From: Octopus sinensis
Taxonomy: Eukaryota
Assembly (NCBI RefSeq): GCF_006345805.1
Contig: NC_043007.1
Coordinates: forward strand, 46,252,001 to 46,316,000
Length of the DNA: 64,000 nt
Reading direction: 5' to 3'
This document shows, piece after piece, positions 11,915-25,344 of the stretch. Under the pieces are notes generated by a model that was not told where the DNA came from, searched no databases, and saw nothing but the letters and a program-made list of their open reading frames with translations. Numbering within the stretch: the stretch's first letter is position 1; every line of letters begins with the position of its first letter. The translations under genes and the position numbers were made by a program.

Positions 11915-11949
<35 letters not shown>

Positions 11950-11957
<8 letters not shown>

Positions 11958-12020
11958 GACAGGCTTCCTTCAGTTTCATCTACCAAACCAACTCAACTAC
12001 AGTAGAAGACACTCTATAAA
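11950..12020 (-). mobile_element. SINE family 1 fragment
   Basis: tatacgacaggcttccttcagtttcatctaccaaa matches the segment flanking the family-1 internal microsatellite. Confidence 0.6.
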
Positions 12021-12489
12021 GTATAGAGTTGAATTTCGTGTAGCAATTTTGGCAATTTTCCTTCCCCTTCCCATTTTGTCGGCGGTATTACCCATTTTCC
12101 CCGGTTCTTTTCACAGCATACAGCGTTCGAAATTTGCATTAGTTTTCGTATGAAAATAAAAGGAAGGGAGGTGGTTTTGTTTGTGGTTTGTAGAGAAAAC
12201 GTTAAACGGGCCTGAAAATAAAACATTTTTTCTCTCCAGCTAAAAGACAAGAAGAATTTTGAAACAAGGAAATAAGTACCGGGGATAGGGGAAAGAAGAA
12301 AAAGGACTAACACTCGATCCTTCCAGAACTCCCAGAATGAAAATCTAAACACCTGAAAGACTTTACTTCTATTCATTAGTAAATCTCTTTCCCTCTTCTT
12401 CATTGTTAGAAGTAGAAAAATCATTTTAAACTACTGAGACTTTCCTTTCCCTGTCTCTATGGGTGCACTCCTTTTCTCTACGGTTAAGA

Positions 12490-12776
12490 GAGTGAAGTTG
12501 TTAGGGCTATTCGGTCCACGACTGTAAGGCCATGAGTACGATGCAGGTGGCGCGCTGTGTTCTTCAGCGGTGCACTCTACTTTTTCATGCTGCAGTCCAC
12601 TCAGCTGGCAAAATAAGTTGAAACTGTAATGCAACTCTCTATGAGACTAAATATCCCTACGTTAATGGTATGCATGTCTGTGGAGTACTCAGCCACTTGT
12701 GTGTTAATTTTACCAGCAGACTGGTCCGTTGATCAGATGAACAGGAACCTCGTCGTCGTAACCGACGGAGTGCCAT
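12490..12776 (+). mobile_element. SINE family 3, near full length
   Basis: Head gttagggctattcggtccacgactgtaagg, body cagtccactcagctggcaaaa, tail ctcgtcgtcgtaaccgacggagtgcca. Confidence 0.8.
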
Positions 12777-13096
12777 TTTTTGAAAAGAGTGAAAGAAAAG
12801 GAAATGTTCCATTTCGTAAGGCAAATATGTCATGTGTTTAGTATAAGCAGTGAAAGCTAAGGCGAAATAATTGCTATTCCGTCGTGTAGAGACTTCGACC
12901 TCGACACACGCTCAGTTTGATAACAACAGCCTGCGCATCATTGTTTATCTGGGGACTTGACCTCCATATTTGTGAATCCCACGAATGCCGCTGTTAGGAC
13001 CGGATCAACACCCATCGTGACCCTAAAGACTAAAAAGGTTTTTCTGTCCCTATATAGGATTTTCTTTCGCTTCCTTCCAAACACTTAAAGGCTTAT

Positions 13097-13245
13097 CTTG
13101 CTCCAGTCAGCTCAGCTGGCCAAAATGATTTGTAGCTGTAATTCAAAGGGACCAGCCTTGTCAAATTGTGTGAGGCTAAATTTCCCTAAAAACTATGTCA
13201 ATGGTATACATGCCTGTGGAGTACTCCGTCACTTGTGCATTAATA
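13097..13245 (+). mobile_element. SINE family 3, central fragment
   Basis: ttgctccagtcagctcagctggccaaaa...gcctgtggagtactccgtcacttgtgcattaat is colinear with 8135-8280 and 12590-12710. Confidence 0.7.
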
Positions 13246-13842
13246 TTATCCTCATTTGGTACTGAAAAGTGAAAGTGATATCCAATATTTACTGTAGTTA
13301 TTTGTCCTCCATTTAACTATGAGTCTATGTATTTCTCTCTTTGTGTCGCACTTCACCTCTGTCTCTCCTCTCTCCCACTTTTAATTTAACAGCATGTGTA
13401 TGTATCTATTTCTCTTCGATGTACGTATCAGCCTACTCTGAAAATACTGATAAACATTTAAAAACAAAAAGAGGAATGGCACCTTGCATTCAGTCACCAC
13501 TCACTGTCTCTCACACTCTCTTTCTTTCCCACTTCCTCTCTCACCTCCTCTCTCCCGCTTTGCCACTCACTTCAACTACACCTCTTCTACTTAACACCAT
13601 TCATTTCACTTTTTCTTTATACCTCTCCCTTCAAATATTTTATCACTTCTTTTGAAGTAAGTGTGATACACACCACAGGTATGTACCTACCTAAAAAGTC
13701 AGAAGTAAGAATATTAATATTATTGATGTATATCTACATACATATATACATACATACATCCATACATACATTCATACACACACACTCAATTCTATGCGTG
13801 TGCATATATTTATAGACATATTTTTGTTTACATATGTATATA

Positions 13843-13985
13843 CAAGGTGCGATGGATAAATTGTAGCCATTTTATAAATTTTTACTTTTGTGCATAGACA
13901 TTGTTTTTGATTTTGTCGACTACACAGTATAGTAGGGTCAGTTGGGCACCGTCTGTGAGAAAAAAACAGAACACCCTACTATTCA
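13843..13985 (+). mobile_element. Tc1/mariner-type terminal fragment
   Basis: TA followed by caaggtgcgatggataaattgtagcc resembles a mariner-like TIR start. No partner TIR found. Confidence 0.4.
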
Positions 13986-14746
13986 CAACCTAAATTTTAA
14001 TCATTGGACTACGTAGAAATGTCTCCTGTCCATTATCCTACCAGATATATTAAATTTGGTCTGTCTCGATTATAACCAAACATGTTCACTCAACCGTGTC
14101 TGCCCTCTTTTTAGGCGCAAAATATAGTGTCACGTATCACTAACGCACGGGCGTAGCGGAAAACTTACACAAATTTATAAATTTAATCATGTGTTCATTC
14201 TCCACAAACTCTTGACAGAAGACATTCAGAGTTTTGATTGTTTAAACTTGTTCAGTCAACCGTGTCAACCTTGACTTGATATTAACACACAGACGTAGCG
14301 GGGAACTACAAAAATTTCTGCGAGACAAGCCACGTCTTTCTGCTTGAACGTTTTGAAAATCAGTGTAAACTGTGAAACCGGTTAAAGCTTTAAATATATT
14401 AATAAAAAATATTTTAACAGTTCTCATTGTATTTTCAACTTTTATTTTTTCCTATATTTCTACACGCGTGGAATAATATACCTATATATATACGACCTTT
14501 GAAACGTGGAGTAGATGAAACGAAGGCGATTGAAGGAGGGGAATTTTCCTTGTTTTGCATATCCTTGTTTTGTATATTTTTTTCGTTGCTTAAGATAAAT
14601 GTCCATTTCCTTAGTTTTGTGTTTATGTTTTCGTTTCTCATTGTGTTCGACGGTTTGGGGTGTCCTGTACCCATATATGCATGTATATATACATGTAGAG
14701 GTAGGAACATACATATATGTATGTATATATGCATATGTTTTATTAT

Positions 14747-14851
14747 AAGGAAGCTTGGTGGGGTTGCCGGTTTAGTCGCCGATGACCCGACCATGTAACA
14801 GGTTGTACTGGGTTACATTTTACCAGTAGCACTCGAAAGTGTCCTGACGTA

Positions 14852-14909
<58 letters not shown>

Positions 14910-15056
14910 GTGTGTGTGGGGGGGTGTATGTGTGTATGTATGTATGTATGTTACGTCAGGACACTTTCGAGTGCTACTGGTAAAATGTAACCCAGTACAA
15001 CCTGTTACATGGTCGGGTCATCGGCGACTAAACCGGCAACCCCACCAAGCTTCCTT
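14747..15056. repeat. Perfect 114-bp inverted repeat with 82-bp microsatellite spacer
   Basis: 14747-14860 is the exact reverse complement of 14943-15056 (checked base by base). Confidence 0.97.
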
Positions 15057-15325
15057 GGTGAGGAGGGTATTTATTGGACACCCTGCGGGATGAAAAACAA
15101 AGCCCGTCAAAGGGCGGAGGAACTCTTGAGAGTCAATGGTCATCCAATAAATGTCTGAAGGATGTATCATGCGCGGGGACATAGAAATAATCGGACTGAA
15201 TACCCGATCGCGCGGTTAAACCATTGGGAGTGAAGGACTCCTAGTCTTTGTTAGGGCATACTTCCAGGAGAAGTTAACTCAGGTAACTGGGATGACTCCG
15301 ACATAAAACCTGCGGCTCAGTGATT
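14950..15325 (+). mobile_element. Probable LINE (RTE-like) 5-prime UTR
   Basis: GC-richer non-coding leader (ggtgaggagggta...caggagaagttaactc...aaaacctgcgg) with no ORF following. Family assignment is from my recollection of RTE leaders only. Confidence 0.4.
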
Positions 15326-15504
15326 ACCGATGATGTTGACTTGTTCTTCTTTTCGGATTATGGCTGATGTTGCTTAGTGAGTGGGATTGACTCAGTGCAC
15401 AGCCTTTCCTCACTTTAAAAAAAATCTTCTTGCACAGGCATTGCACGATAACAGCATTGATTAAACTTCGTGCAATGACTATACTAGATAACGAGGGGGC
15501 AGCC

Positions 15505-15526
15505 ACCATGTATGTATGTATGTATG

Positions 15527-15560
<34 letters not shown>

Positions 15561-15647
15561 TGTATGTATATATATACATATATATATAGTGAGAGAGAGA
15601 GAGAGAGAGAGAATGAGAGAGACAGAGAGAGAGAAAGTTAGAAAGAG

Positions 15648-15735
<88 letters not shown>
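15505..15735. repeat. Compound microsatellite (TATG)n-(TA)n-(GA)n-(GATA)n
   Basis: Seen directly. It accounts for ORFs 15324-15776, 15430-15657 and 15484-15744. Confidence 0.95.
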
Positions 15736-16639
15736 GAGACACAAACGTTAGCAGATGGGAAGATAATATCACGCACTGTTATTGCCTTTTATAGACATGA
15801 ATAAAACATGACAACAGAAATCAGCACACGCTCATCCATTGATAATTCAAAACAGTATGCACCTCATGGATAATGAAGCTGCAGATTTGTAGATTAGATG
15901 AATGTGTGTCTAAATACATTCATACAAACAGACACGCATTGACATAAACTTCATATATCTAAAATATTTTGTATAAACTTCAAAAGACTAACCATTCATT
16001 CACATCGTAAATATCTTCGATATTTCATATAATCCATCAGAATAATGACAGAATATTTCGTTCTTCGACTTGTACTTAAGCTCTAAAATGCATTTATTCT
16101 TTCACGTAATAACATAGTTCTTGTAGATTTCCTATTCCTAAGTGGATTTTGATAATCAAAGATAAGTGTATATGATTAACCTTCGATAATCTGTAAAAAG
16201 CCCGTTTATATTTCGCAATAGTCTTTCTTTTTTATCTTGTTGCGCGAGATGAAAAAGAAAATTCTTTTCATGTAAGATTTTCTCTGTAATCCGCAATGCA
16301 TAACAATAATCACATATTAAACGGTTTTAACATAAATTCTGTTTCTATTAGAATGGAATAACAGTCGTTCTTCAAAAGCATTGTTTTCGTAACGAAAATA
16401 CGATTTCCTCTCTGAAGGTTCGTCATGTTTTGAGTTTGATGAGTTAGTTTTTATGTATAAGTTAATGGCCTCAGCGGAAATACCAAGTTGTTTTAGGTTT
16501 GTTTAGTTTAATCGAATATCGGATATAAAATTTCGTTTTCTTGTTACTAAAACTGTGACAAAAATATTATTACAATGTTACCATAAACATATTTAAAAGA
16601 CTGTCACTCAGTCGTTTACTACGATGTGGGTTCCAATCC

Positions 16640-16880
16640 ATTCATTCAACGGGACGTTGATTGCATGTACCTGAGGACTCTTAACATAATTCTCAGAGTG
16701 TTTCAGCGTGACACAATGTTTTAAGGCATGAATTGCAGATACTATTCATTTTTGTCACCTGAGTGGACTCTAGCAACATGACATAAAATGTCTTGTCCAA
16801 ATACACAACGCGCCGCGGAGAATCGAACTAAGAACCTTATGATCGTGAGTCGAATACCCTAACTTGTAAGTCCTGTGCCT
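16640..16880 (-). mobile_element. SINE family 3, diverged copy
   Basis: Reverse strand reads ttagggtattcgactcacgatcataaggttcttagttcgattc (tRNA-like head), then gctagagtccactcagg. Confidence 0.75.
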
Positions 16881-16975
16881 TCACTATCATAATGGTGCGC
16901 GTTGCACACAAACACAAACACACATATGTAAATATATAAGTACATGTGTATTTAAGTGTAAATATATATCGTGTG

Positions 16976-17018
<43 letters not shown>

Positions 17019-17021
<3 letters not shown>

Positions 17022-17128
17022 GGAGTAAACACATAAATGTGAAACAAGGTGGAAAAAAGAGTACTCAAATACCAGGGGTAGAGTAATATGCTTTATTTAA
17101 ATAAAGTATATATATATATATGTATGTA

Positions 17129-17169
<41 letters not shown>

Positions 17170-17171
17170 TA

Positions 17172-17245
<74 letters not shown>

Positions 17246-17398
17246 AGTAGTTGAATGAATTATCTTATAAAGGATAATTCGAAAGATAACCGATACCTGG
17301 GTAGCAAATTCACATCAGAAAGAACACGGTTGAAGTTACGTCCCTAGAGCATAGACTACGTGCATTCTTTCATATACTTATAATTTTTAAATATATAC

Positions 17399-17434
<36 letters not shown>

Positions 17435-17546
17435 CGGAGTAAACACATAAATGTGAAACAAGGTGGAAAAAAGAGTACTCAAATACCAGGGGTAGAGTAA
17501 TATGCTTTATTTAAATAAAGTATATATATATATATATGTATATATG

Positions 17547-17577
<31 letters not shown>

Positions 17578-17584
17578 TTATATG

Positions 17585-17674
<90 letters not shown>

Positions 17675-17829
17675 TTGAGTAGTTGAATGAATTATCTTAT
17701 AAAGGATAATTCGAAAGATAACCGATACTGGGTAGCAAATTCACATCAGAAAGAACACGGTTGAAGTTACGTCCCTAGAGCATAGACTACGTGCATTCTT
17801 TCATATACTTATAATTTTTAAATATATAC

Positions 17830-17870
<41 letters not shown>

Positions 17871-17958
17871 GGAGTAAACACATAAATGTGAAACAAAGTG
17901 GAAAAAAGAGTACTCAAATACCAGGGGTAGAGTAATATGCTTTATTTAAATAAAGTAT
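17019..17958. repeat. Tandem array of about 2.2 copies of a 414-435 bp composite unit
   Basis: Units start with accggagtaaacacataaatgtg at 17019, 17433 and 17868. Unique parts are near-identical (1-bp deletion in copy 2, one substitution in copy 3); length differences lie in the (TA)n tracts. Confidence 0.95.
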
Positions 17959-18940
17959 ACATATATATATATATATGTATGCATATATGTATATATATAC
18001 ATATATATATATAATTATATATATATATTATATATATATATATTATATATATATATATGCATATATTTATATAATGTATATATATGTATGTATTTGTGTA
18101 TGTCATCATCAATATGTATTTAGATATTAGTGTGTATAAATATTTACGTGAGTGTACATGTGTAAGTGTGTGTATATGTGGATGTGTATGATTTTTATTT
18201 CTATGAAAAGAAGGTGCTATATAGTTATCTGCATATAATATGATGTCCAGTCTGATCATAAACCAACATCAAAGAGATACATGCGCTAATGCATCATCAC
18301 ATACGTTTCAAAGGATGAATGAATATATGACACTAAGCTTTAATATGTATTTGTCACTTTATCTTCGTGCATCTTAAATGCCATGAATATTCAGGTATTT
18401 CTTCTTAAAAAATTATATAGTTGTTTACACATGCAAGCGAATATTTAAACAATATTGCAGTTTTCTTCATGTCACTGAGTTATTCCTAAGTGTTGTTATC
18501 GTTCATATCACAGTCGAATTTCGTTTCTTTCTTCATAGAATGAAATTAACTGTTTCTACATGATGGCTATTCTGAACATATATCCTCGCGAGAATACCTC
18601 CATTCTGAACACAACATGTTTCTTTGAAACCGAAAAAAAAAAAGAAAAACACGCCAAGAAAATTCCGAAACTATCAAAATTACATTCTTTACACATATAA
18701 ACAATAAGAATCACACCAAATCAAAACAAAGTTTCAGTGTTTTTTAAAATCCATTTCGCTCTTAATAAAAGTTCTTCTATGCAAAAATAATTTGGCTCAG
18801 AATGCAATTTAAAGCAGTAAAATTTTTATAAAGAAGAAAATACAAAAAACATAATTCCATATTCATATCTACATTTTGCAGTATATTTTATGAAATAGAA
18901 GAAATTATGAAAAAAATCGGTCTTATAGACGAGAAGTGAA

Positions 18941-19073
18941 TGTAATAAATAAAATATATAGAACAAAAAGTTAAAAACAAAAAACCAAAGCATATTCCAT
19001 TATGTAATAAATAAATAAAATATATCGAACAAAAAGTTAAAACAAAATCTAACCAAAGCATATTCCATTATGT
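18941..19073. repeat. Tandem duplication of about 65 bp
   Basis: tgtaataaataaaatatat.gaacaaaaagttaaaa...aaccaaagcatattccattatgt occurs twice. Confidence 0.9.
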
Positions 19074-19385
19074 CAAACACTTACATAAAAATATTTTAGC
19101 TTCAGTTATGAATAAGAGACACATTTGTCATTTGGAATTATTCTTTTTCATTTGCAATTGCTCTCTCTCCATTTTTTCTGTCTTCTAAAATGGGGAGATA
19201 TTCTGTGCTGTTGCTTTCGTTTGGCACTATTCCTTTTTATTAATGTCTCTTATTGTATGATTGCAATTATAGTGCAGACTCATTTTCTTGTCTCCTTTTT
19301 TGTGTAGAAAAGTCTTCTTCTAATAGGTTACTTTGTTTTTTCTTCTTTTTCTTCTTCTTTTTCTTCTTCTTCTTCTTCTTCTTCT

Positions 19386-19858
<473 letters not shown>

Positions 19859-19902
19859 ATTATTATTATTATTATTTTGTTGTTGTTGTTGTTATTATAG
19901 TT

Positions 19903-19959
<57 letters not shown>

Positions 19960-19961
<2 letters not shown>

Positions 19962-20897
19962 TTAATTATTTTATGTTTGACTTTTGCTTTGCATTTGTAC
20001 CAGTTGTCTACAAGTCTCACGCCGAGACCTCAAGAGACAAAAAGTTAGAAGTTCATGTTGGTGTTATGCATAGGGTGCCATATATTTAGCTATGTACAGA
20101 GTGTTGTCCTAGAGAATGTCTATGAATCCATAACAAAATTGTGTTTGTTTTAAAATTTGAGACTCCATATAAAGTATATTATGTATGATATGGGCAGTCC
20201 CCTTATGGACTATCTTTTGAATTTCTGCCATTTTGGGGTTTCCTGATATCTGAGCTTAGTAGCAATCAGGCCCATTTGCTATCATTTCTAGGTTACCTAT
20301 GACAACAGGTATTGTTTTAGTCTTGCTGTTCCACATTTTGCTAATTTCTATTTCAAGATCTTTATACTTGCTCATTTTTTTTTTTTGGGGGGGGTCTTCT
20401 CAAATAAAATTATATCGATTTGAACAGTCATATCAATGAGGGAGCATGATTTTTGTTTGAAGTTTTTCAATATAATGTCTAGCCTATTTACATCTAAATT
20501 TCTGTCAGTTTGAAATGTGAAGTTCCAGGTGGAATTATCACACAAGCGAGGTGTGATAATTTTGAAGCATTGGAGGCGGTTTGTTTTCCCACCAGTTTTT
20601 ATCACGGGGCAGGTCCAGGGTTTTGCAAATTACCCACTATTGAGATACTCTCTAGGCGCATATGGAGACAACATGTCAGTGGTTTCATTTTGTAGTTGAT
20701 ATACACACGTTGGGAAGCTGCTGTTCTTTAATATATTGGCCTGGTAGTTTCTTGTAGGTAATCATTGATCTCGGCTACTATGATAAGCACTTCTGTTTCT
20801 CATTTTAAGCCAGAAAATATTAACAATTGATGGGTCAGGTCTTTGTCAAAATCGGAATAATTAACTCTCTTTGAGTATTTGCTATTGAAAGGTTTTT
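19960..20897 (-). mobile_element. RLE-type LINE family B, 5-prime-truncated copy 1
   Basis: ORF 20372-20605 gives WNFTFQTDRNLDVNRLDIILKNFKQKSCSLIDMTV (PD-(D/E)xK RLE). CCHC remnant upstream. 3-prime UTR ends in (TAA)n. Confidence 0.88.
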
Positions 20898-20912
20898 CTT
20901 CTTCTTCTTCTT

Positions 20913-21006
<94 letters not shown>

Positions 21007-21007
21007 G

Positions 21008-21448
21008 CAGTGCATGCTCAAAGTAACACTGAAGTGAAATATACGAAGCCTAGTATATCCATCATGACTACCAATCTGATAAGGGTACACCAGGCACATG
21101 CATCACAACCATATGCACGCGACATGGCGATCTCATAAAAAGATAAACAGCATATGACCTTGCAGGTGGAACGTAATTAGAATTTTCTTCTGGTCGTGTA
21201 ATCCATACTGCTCAAAAAGTCCCTGAATAAGAGTTGTTTAAGGATGTTGAATGAAACACCCATGTTTCCAGAGGTGAATTATTCAAACCCCAAAGGTCAA
21301 ACAACTGACAAGCAAATATGTGGTATTGAGCAGAATATTTGCTGTAGCCGATCTTTTATACCAAGAGAAAAAAATGTACACGATAACACTTCCAATCAGT
21401 TAAGATCAGAAGCCACGAGAGCCACTGCCTGATACTGCATCATGGCAC

Positions 21449-21449
<1 letters not shown>
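21008..21449. mobile_element. Non-coding repeat family C, copy 1 (internally deleted)
   Basis: Colinear with 23344-23892 apart from a deletion of about 110 bp after aaccccaaag. (TTA)n on both sides. Confidence 0.85.
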
Positions 21450-21517
<68 letters not shown>

Positions 21518-21519
<2 letters not shown>

Positions 21520-22517
21520 GATACGTTTGAATTTTACTTTGTATTTGTACAAGTTGACTCCAAGTCTCAGCCAGAGAATTCAAGAGTCAACAAAGTAGAA
21601 TTCCCTGTTTTTGGTAGGATTATAGTCCCATATATCTAGATTTGCACTAAGTATTGTTCTAGAAAACGTGTAAGAGACCATAAGAAAATTATAAATTTGT
21701 TATTATATAGAAGGTATTTTACGTAGGATATAGGCAGTTCAAATGAGCATAATTGTTTTTTAACTTCTGCCATTTTTGGATTAGTTGGTATCTGAGCTAG
21801 GTAGCAATCAGCCACATTTGCTATCATTCCTATGGCACCTATGACAACAGGTATTGTTTTAGTCTTCAGGCTCTACATTTTGCCAAGTTCTATTTCAAGA
21901 CATTTATACTTGCTCAGTTTCTGGTAGGTTTTGAGAGATATATTTATGTTGATTGGGACAGTCATATCGATGAGGAAGGATGATTTTTGCCTGAAATCCT
22001 TGAATATAATATCTTGCCTATTCGCATCTATTTTTCTGTCAGTTTGAACGGTGATGTTCCAGAGGAGTGAGATGTAGTCATTTTCAAGCACTGGAGATGG
22101 TTTGTGTTCCCACCAGTCTTTGTTATGGGGCAGGTCCAAGTCTTTTCATATTACCCAGTAAATATACTATGCTGCACTATCATGTCTGTTGAGATAATTT
22201 GTTGGTGCAAGAAATCTGCACATGAAGGCAACATGATCGATGGTTTCATTTTGTTGTTTACATACACGACATATTGCGCTACTGCCCTTCTTTAATATGT
22301 TGGCTTGGTTGTTCCTTGTAGGCAAGAATTGATCTTGGGTTACTATGATAAACCCTCCGGCTTTTGACTTTAAGTCAGAAAACATTAACAATTGATTGGT
22401 AAGAGCTTTGTCAACATCGGCATTATTAGCTGTCTTTGGGTATTTGCCATTGAGAGGCATTTTTGTCATTTATCAGTAAGAATATCTAAGATAGCAGTTT
22501 TAGCACGTGTTTTCATA
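21518..22517 (-). mobile_element. RLE-type LINE family B, 5-prime-truncated copy 2
   Basis: ORFs 22167-22469 (PLNGKY...CRVCKQQNETIDHV...RHD) and 21873-22139 (LWNITVQTDRKIDANRQDII...LIDMTVP...KLSKYKCLEIE) give the CCHC knuckle plus RLE. Confidence 0.92.
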
Positions 22518-22520
22518 TGA

Positions 22521-23218
<698 letters not shown>

Positions 23219-23220
23219 TA

Positions 23221-23336
<116 letters not shown>

Positions 23337-23343
23337 TCATTGA

Positions 23344-23892
23344 GTCAGAGAGCAGTGCATGCCATCAAAGTGACACTTGGGTAAAATATACGCAGCCTAG
23401 TATACCAATCGTGACTACCCGGCTGATAAGGGTACACTAGGCACATGCATCACAACCACATGTACACGACATGGTGATCTTATATCAAGATAAACAGCAC
23501 ATGACCTTGCAGGTGGGACCTAATTAGAATCTGCTTCTGGTCGTATAACCCACACTGTTCAAAAAGTCCCTGAATAAGGGCTGTTTAAAATGTCGAACGA
23601 AACACCCATGCTTCCAGAAGTGAATTATCCAAACCCCAAAGAATCCCTCTTAACACATGGCCATGATGCTCCCCCACTAATTCTCCTCGTGATCAGAGAT
23701 GCCCATATCGTCAGCCACTAAGGGACAGCAAATGGATAAGATCAAAAACTGACAAGCAAATCTGTGGTATTGAGCAGAATATTTGCTGTAGCCCATCTTT
23801 TATACCAAGACAAAACAATGTACATGATGACACTTCCAATCAGTTCAAATAAAAGCCATGAGAACCATTGCCTGGTACTGTATCAGGGCATA
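23344..23892. mobile_element. Non-coding repeat family C, most complete copy
   Basis: Reference copy for 21008-21449, 23915-24005 and 48938-49260. No ORF. Flanked by (TAG/TTA)n. Confidence 0.85.
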
Positions 23893-23914
23893 TTATTATA
23901 GGAATATGAAAAGA

Positions 23915-24004
23915 TAAATGAGAAGCAAGTCTGTGGTATTGAGCATAATATTTGATGTAGCCCATCTTTTATACCAATACAAACTGTACATGATAACACT
24001 TCCA

Positions 24005-24005
<1 letters not shown>
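23915..24005. mobile_element. Repeat family C fragment
   Basis: agcaagtctgtggtattgagc...gtagcccatcttttataccaa...gtacatgataacacttccaat repeats 23753-23840. Confidence 0.8.
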
Positions 24006-24082
<77 letters not shown>

Positions 24083-24822
24083 GCTGTTGTTGTTGTTATT
24101 ATTATTAATATTATTGTCGTTGTTGTTGTTGTTATCGCACAGAAGAATGTGTAGGAGGGCGAATTATAATAATTTATTATTCATGCACCCCACCTCCTTC
24201 TGCTCTTCTTCCACCGCCTTCTTCTTGCCCTTCGTCTTCATTTGTTTACCAATATATTTTTTTAATATTTCCCTTTATTTATTTCCCTTTTATTGCTTTC
24301 TTGTCGCATATTCATAGTTTTGTCTACTCTTTATCTTCAGCGACTTTAAGATTCCATCTAGTAATAAGAATGATTATAAGAAAAACAAATGAAAATAAAT
24401 AATAACGCAAGAAAGAAGAATAAGTCTAGTAAGAAACACGAACGTATAAATGTTAAGTTTTCTTTTCTTATCAGAATGTAATACATATTGACACTAATTG
24501 TAACTTTTGAAATAAATTACTTTGGAGTTAAACTGTTGTTGGTTCTGTAGAATCTACTTTGGCGGTATTACTTACACTGCAATTTGGGGGAAGATATCGG
24601 TCTCCAAAATGTTCTGTCTAAAAGAAATTTCAATCTTAATATAAGTATCAATATAACGAAAATATCATATGCAGTTTCTAAGGCACTTTGGAGATTGTAG
24701 TGTTCATACCAGTATCAGGATTTAAAATCAGTTTTGTGTTTAAGCAAATATATCTTTATCAATACCAATAGCAATATTTACATATATACATATATATATA
24801 TGTATGCATGTATCTATGTATA

Positions 24823-25229
24823 CTCTTTACTCTTCTGCTTATTTCAGTCATTTGACTGCGGCCATGCTGGAGCACCGCCTTTAATCGAGCAACTCGACCC
24901 CGGTACTTATTCTTTTGTAAGCCCAGTACTTATTCTATCGGTCTCTTATGCCGAACCGCTAAGTAACGGGGACATAACACACCAGCATCGGTTGTCAAGC
25001 AATGCTAGGGGGACAAACACAGACACACAAACACACACACGCATATATATATATATACATATATACGACGGGCTTCTTTCAGTTTCCGCCTACCAAATCC
25101 ACTCACAAGGCTTTGGTCGGCCCGAGGCTATAGTAGAAGACACTTGCCCAAGGTGCCACGCAGTGGGACTGAATCTGGAACCATATGGTTGGTAAACAAG
25201 CTACTTACCACACAGCCACTCCTGCACCT
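24823..25229 (-). mobile_element. SINE family 1, full-length, least-diverged copy
   Basis: Reverse strand: aggtgcaggagtggctgtgtggtaag (A-box-like), ggttccagattcagtccc (B-box-like), internal (TA)/(TG) tract, tail ending in agagtaaagag repeats. Confidence 0.92.
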
Positions 25230-25241
25230 ATATATATATAA

Positions 25242-25327
<86 letters not shown>

Positions 25328-25344
25328 TATATATATATATACGT

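Noticed and set aside
14950-15040. HDV-like ribozyme at the putative RTE leader (GG-tcg...cga-CTAA resembles P1.1/P4/J4-2)
   Set aside because: The only good P1 (atgtaac/gttacat) encloses 12 nt, too few for nested P2, P3 and L3, so I could not build the double pseudoknot. A formal RNAMotif/RNArobo search could overturn this.
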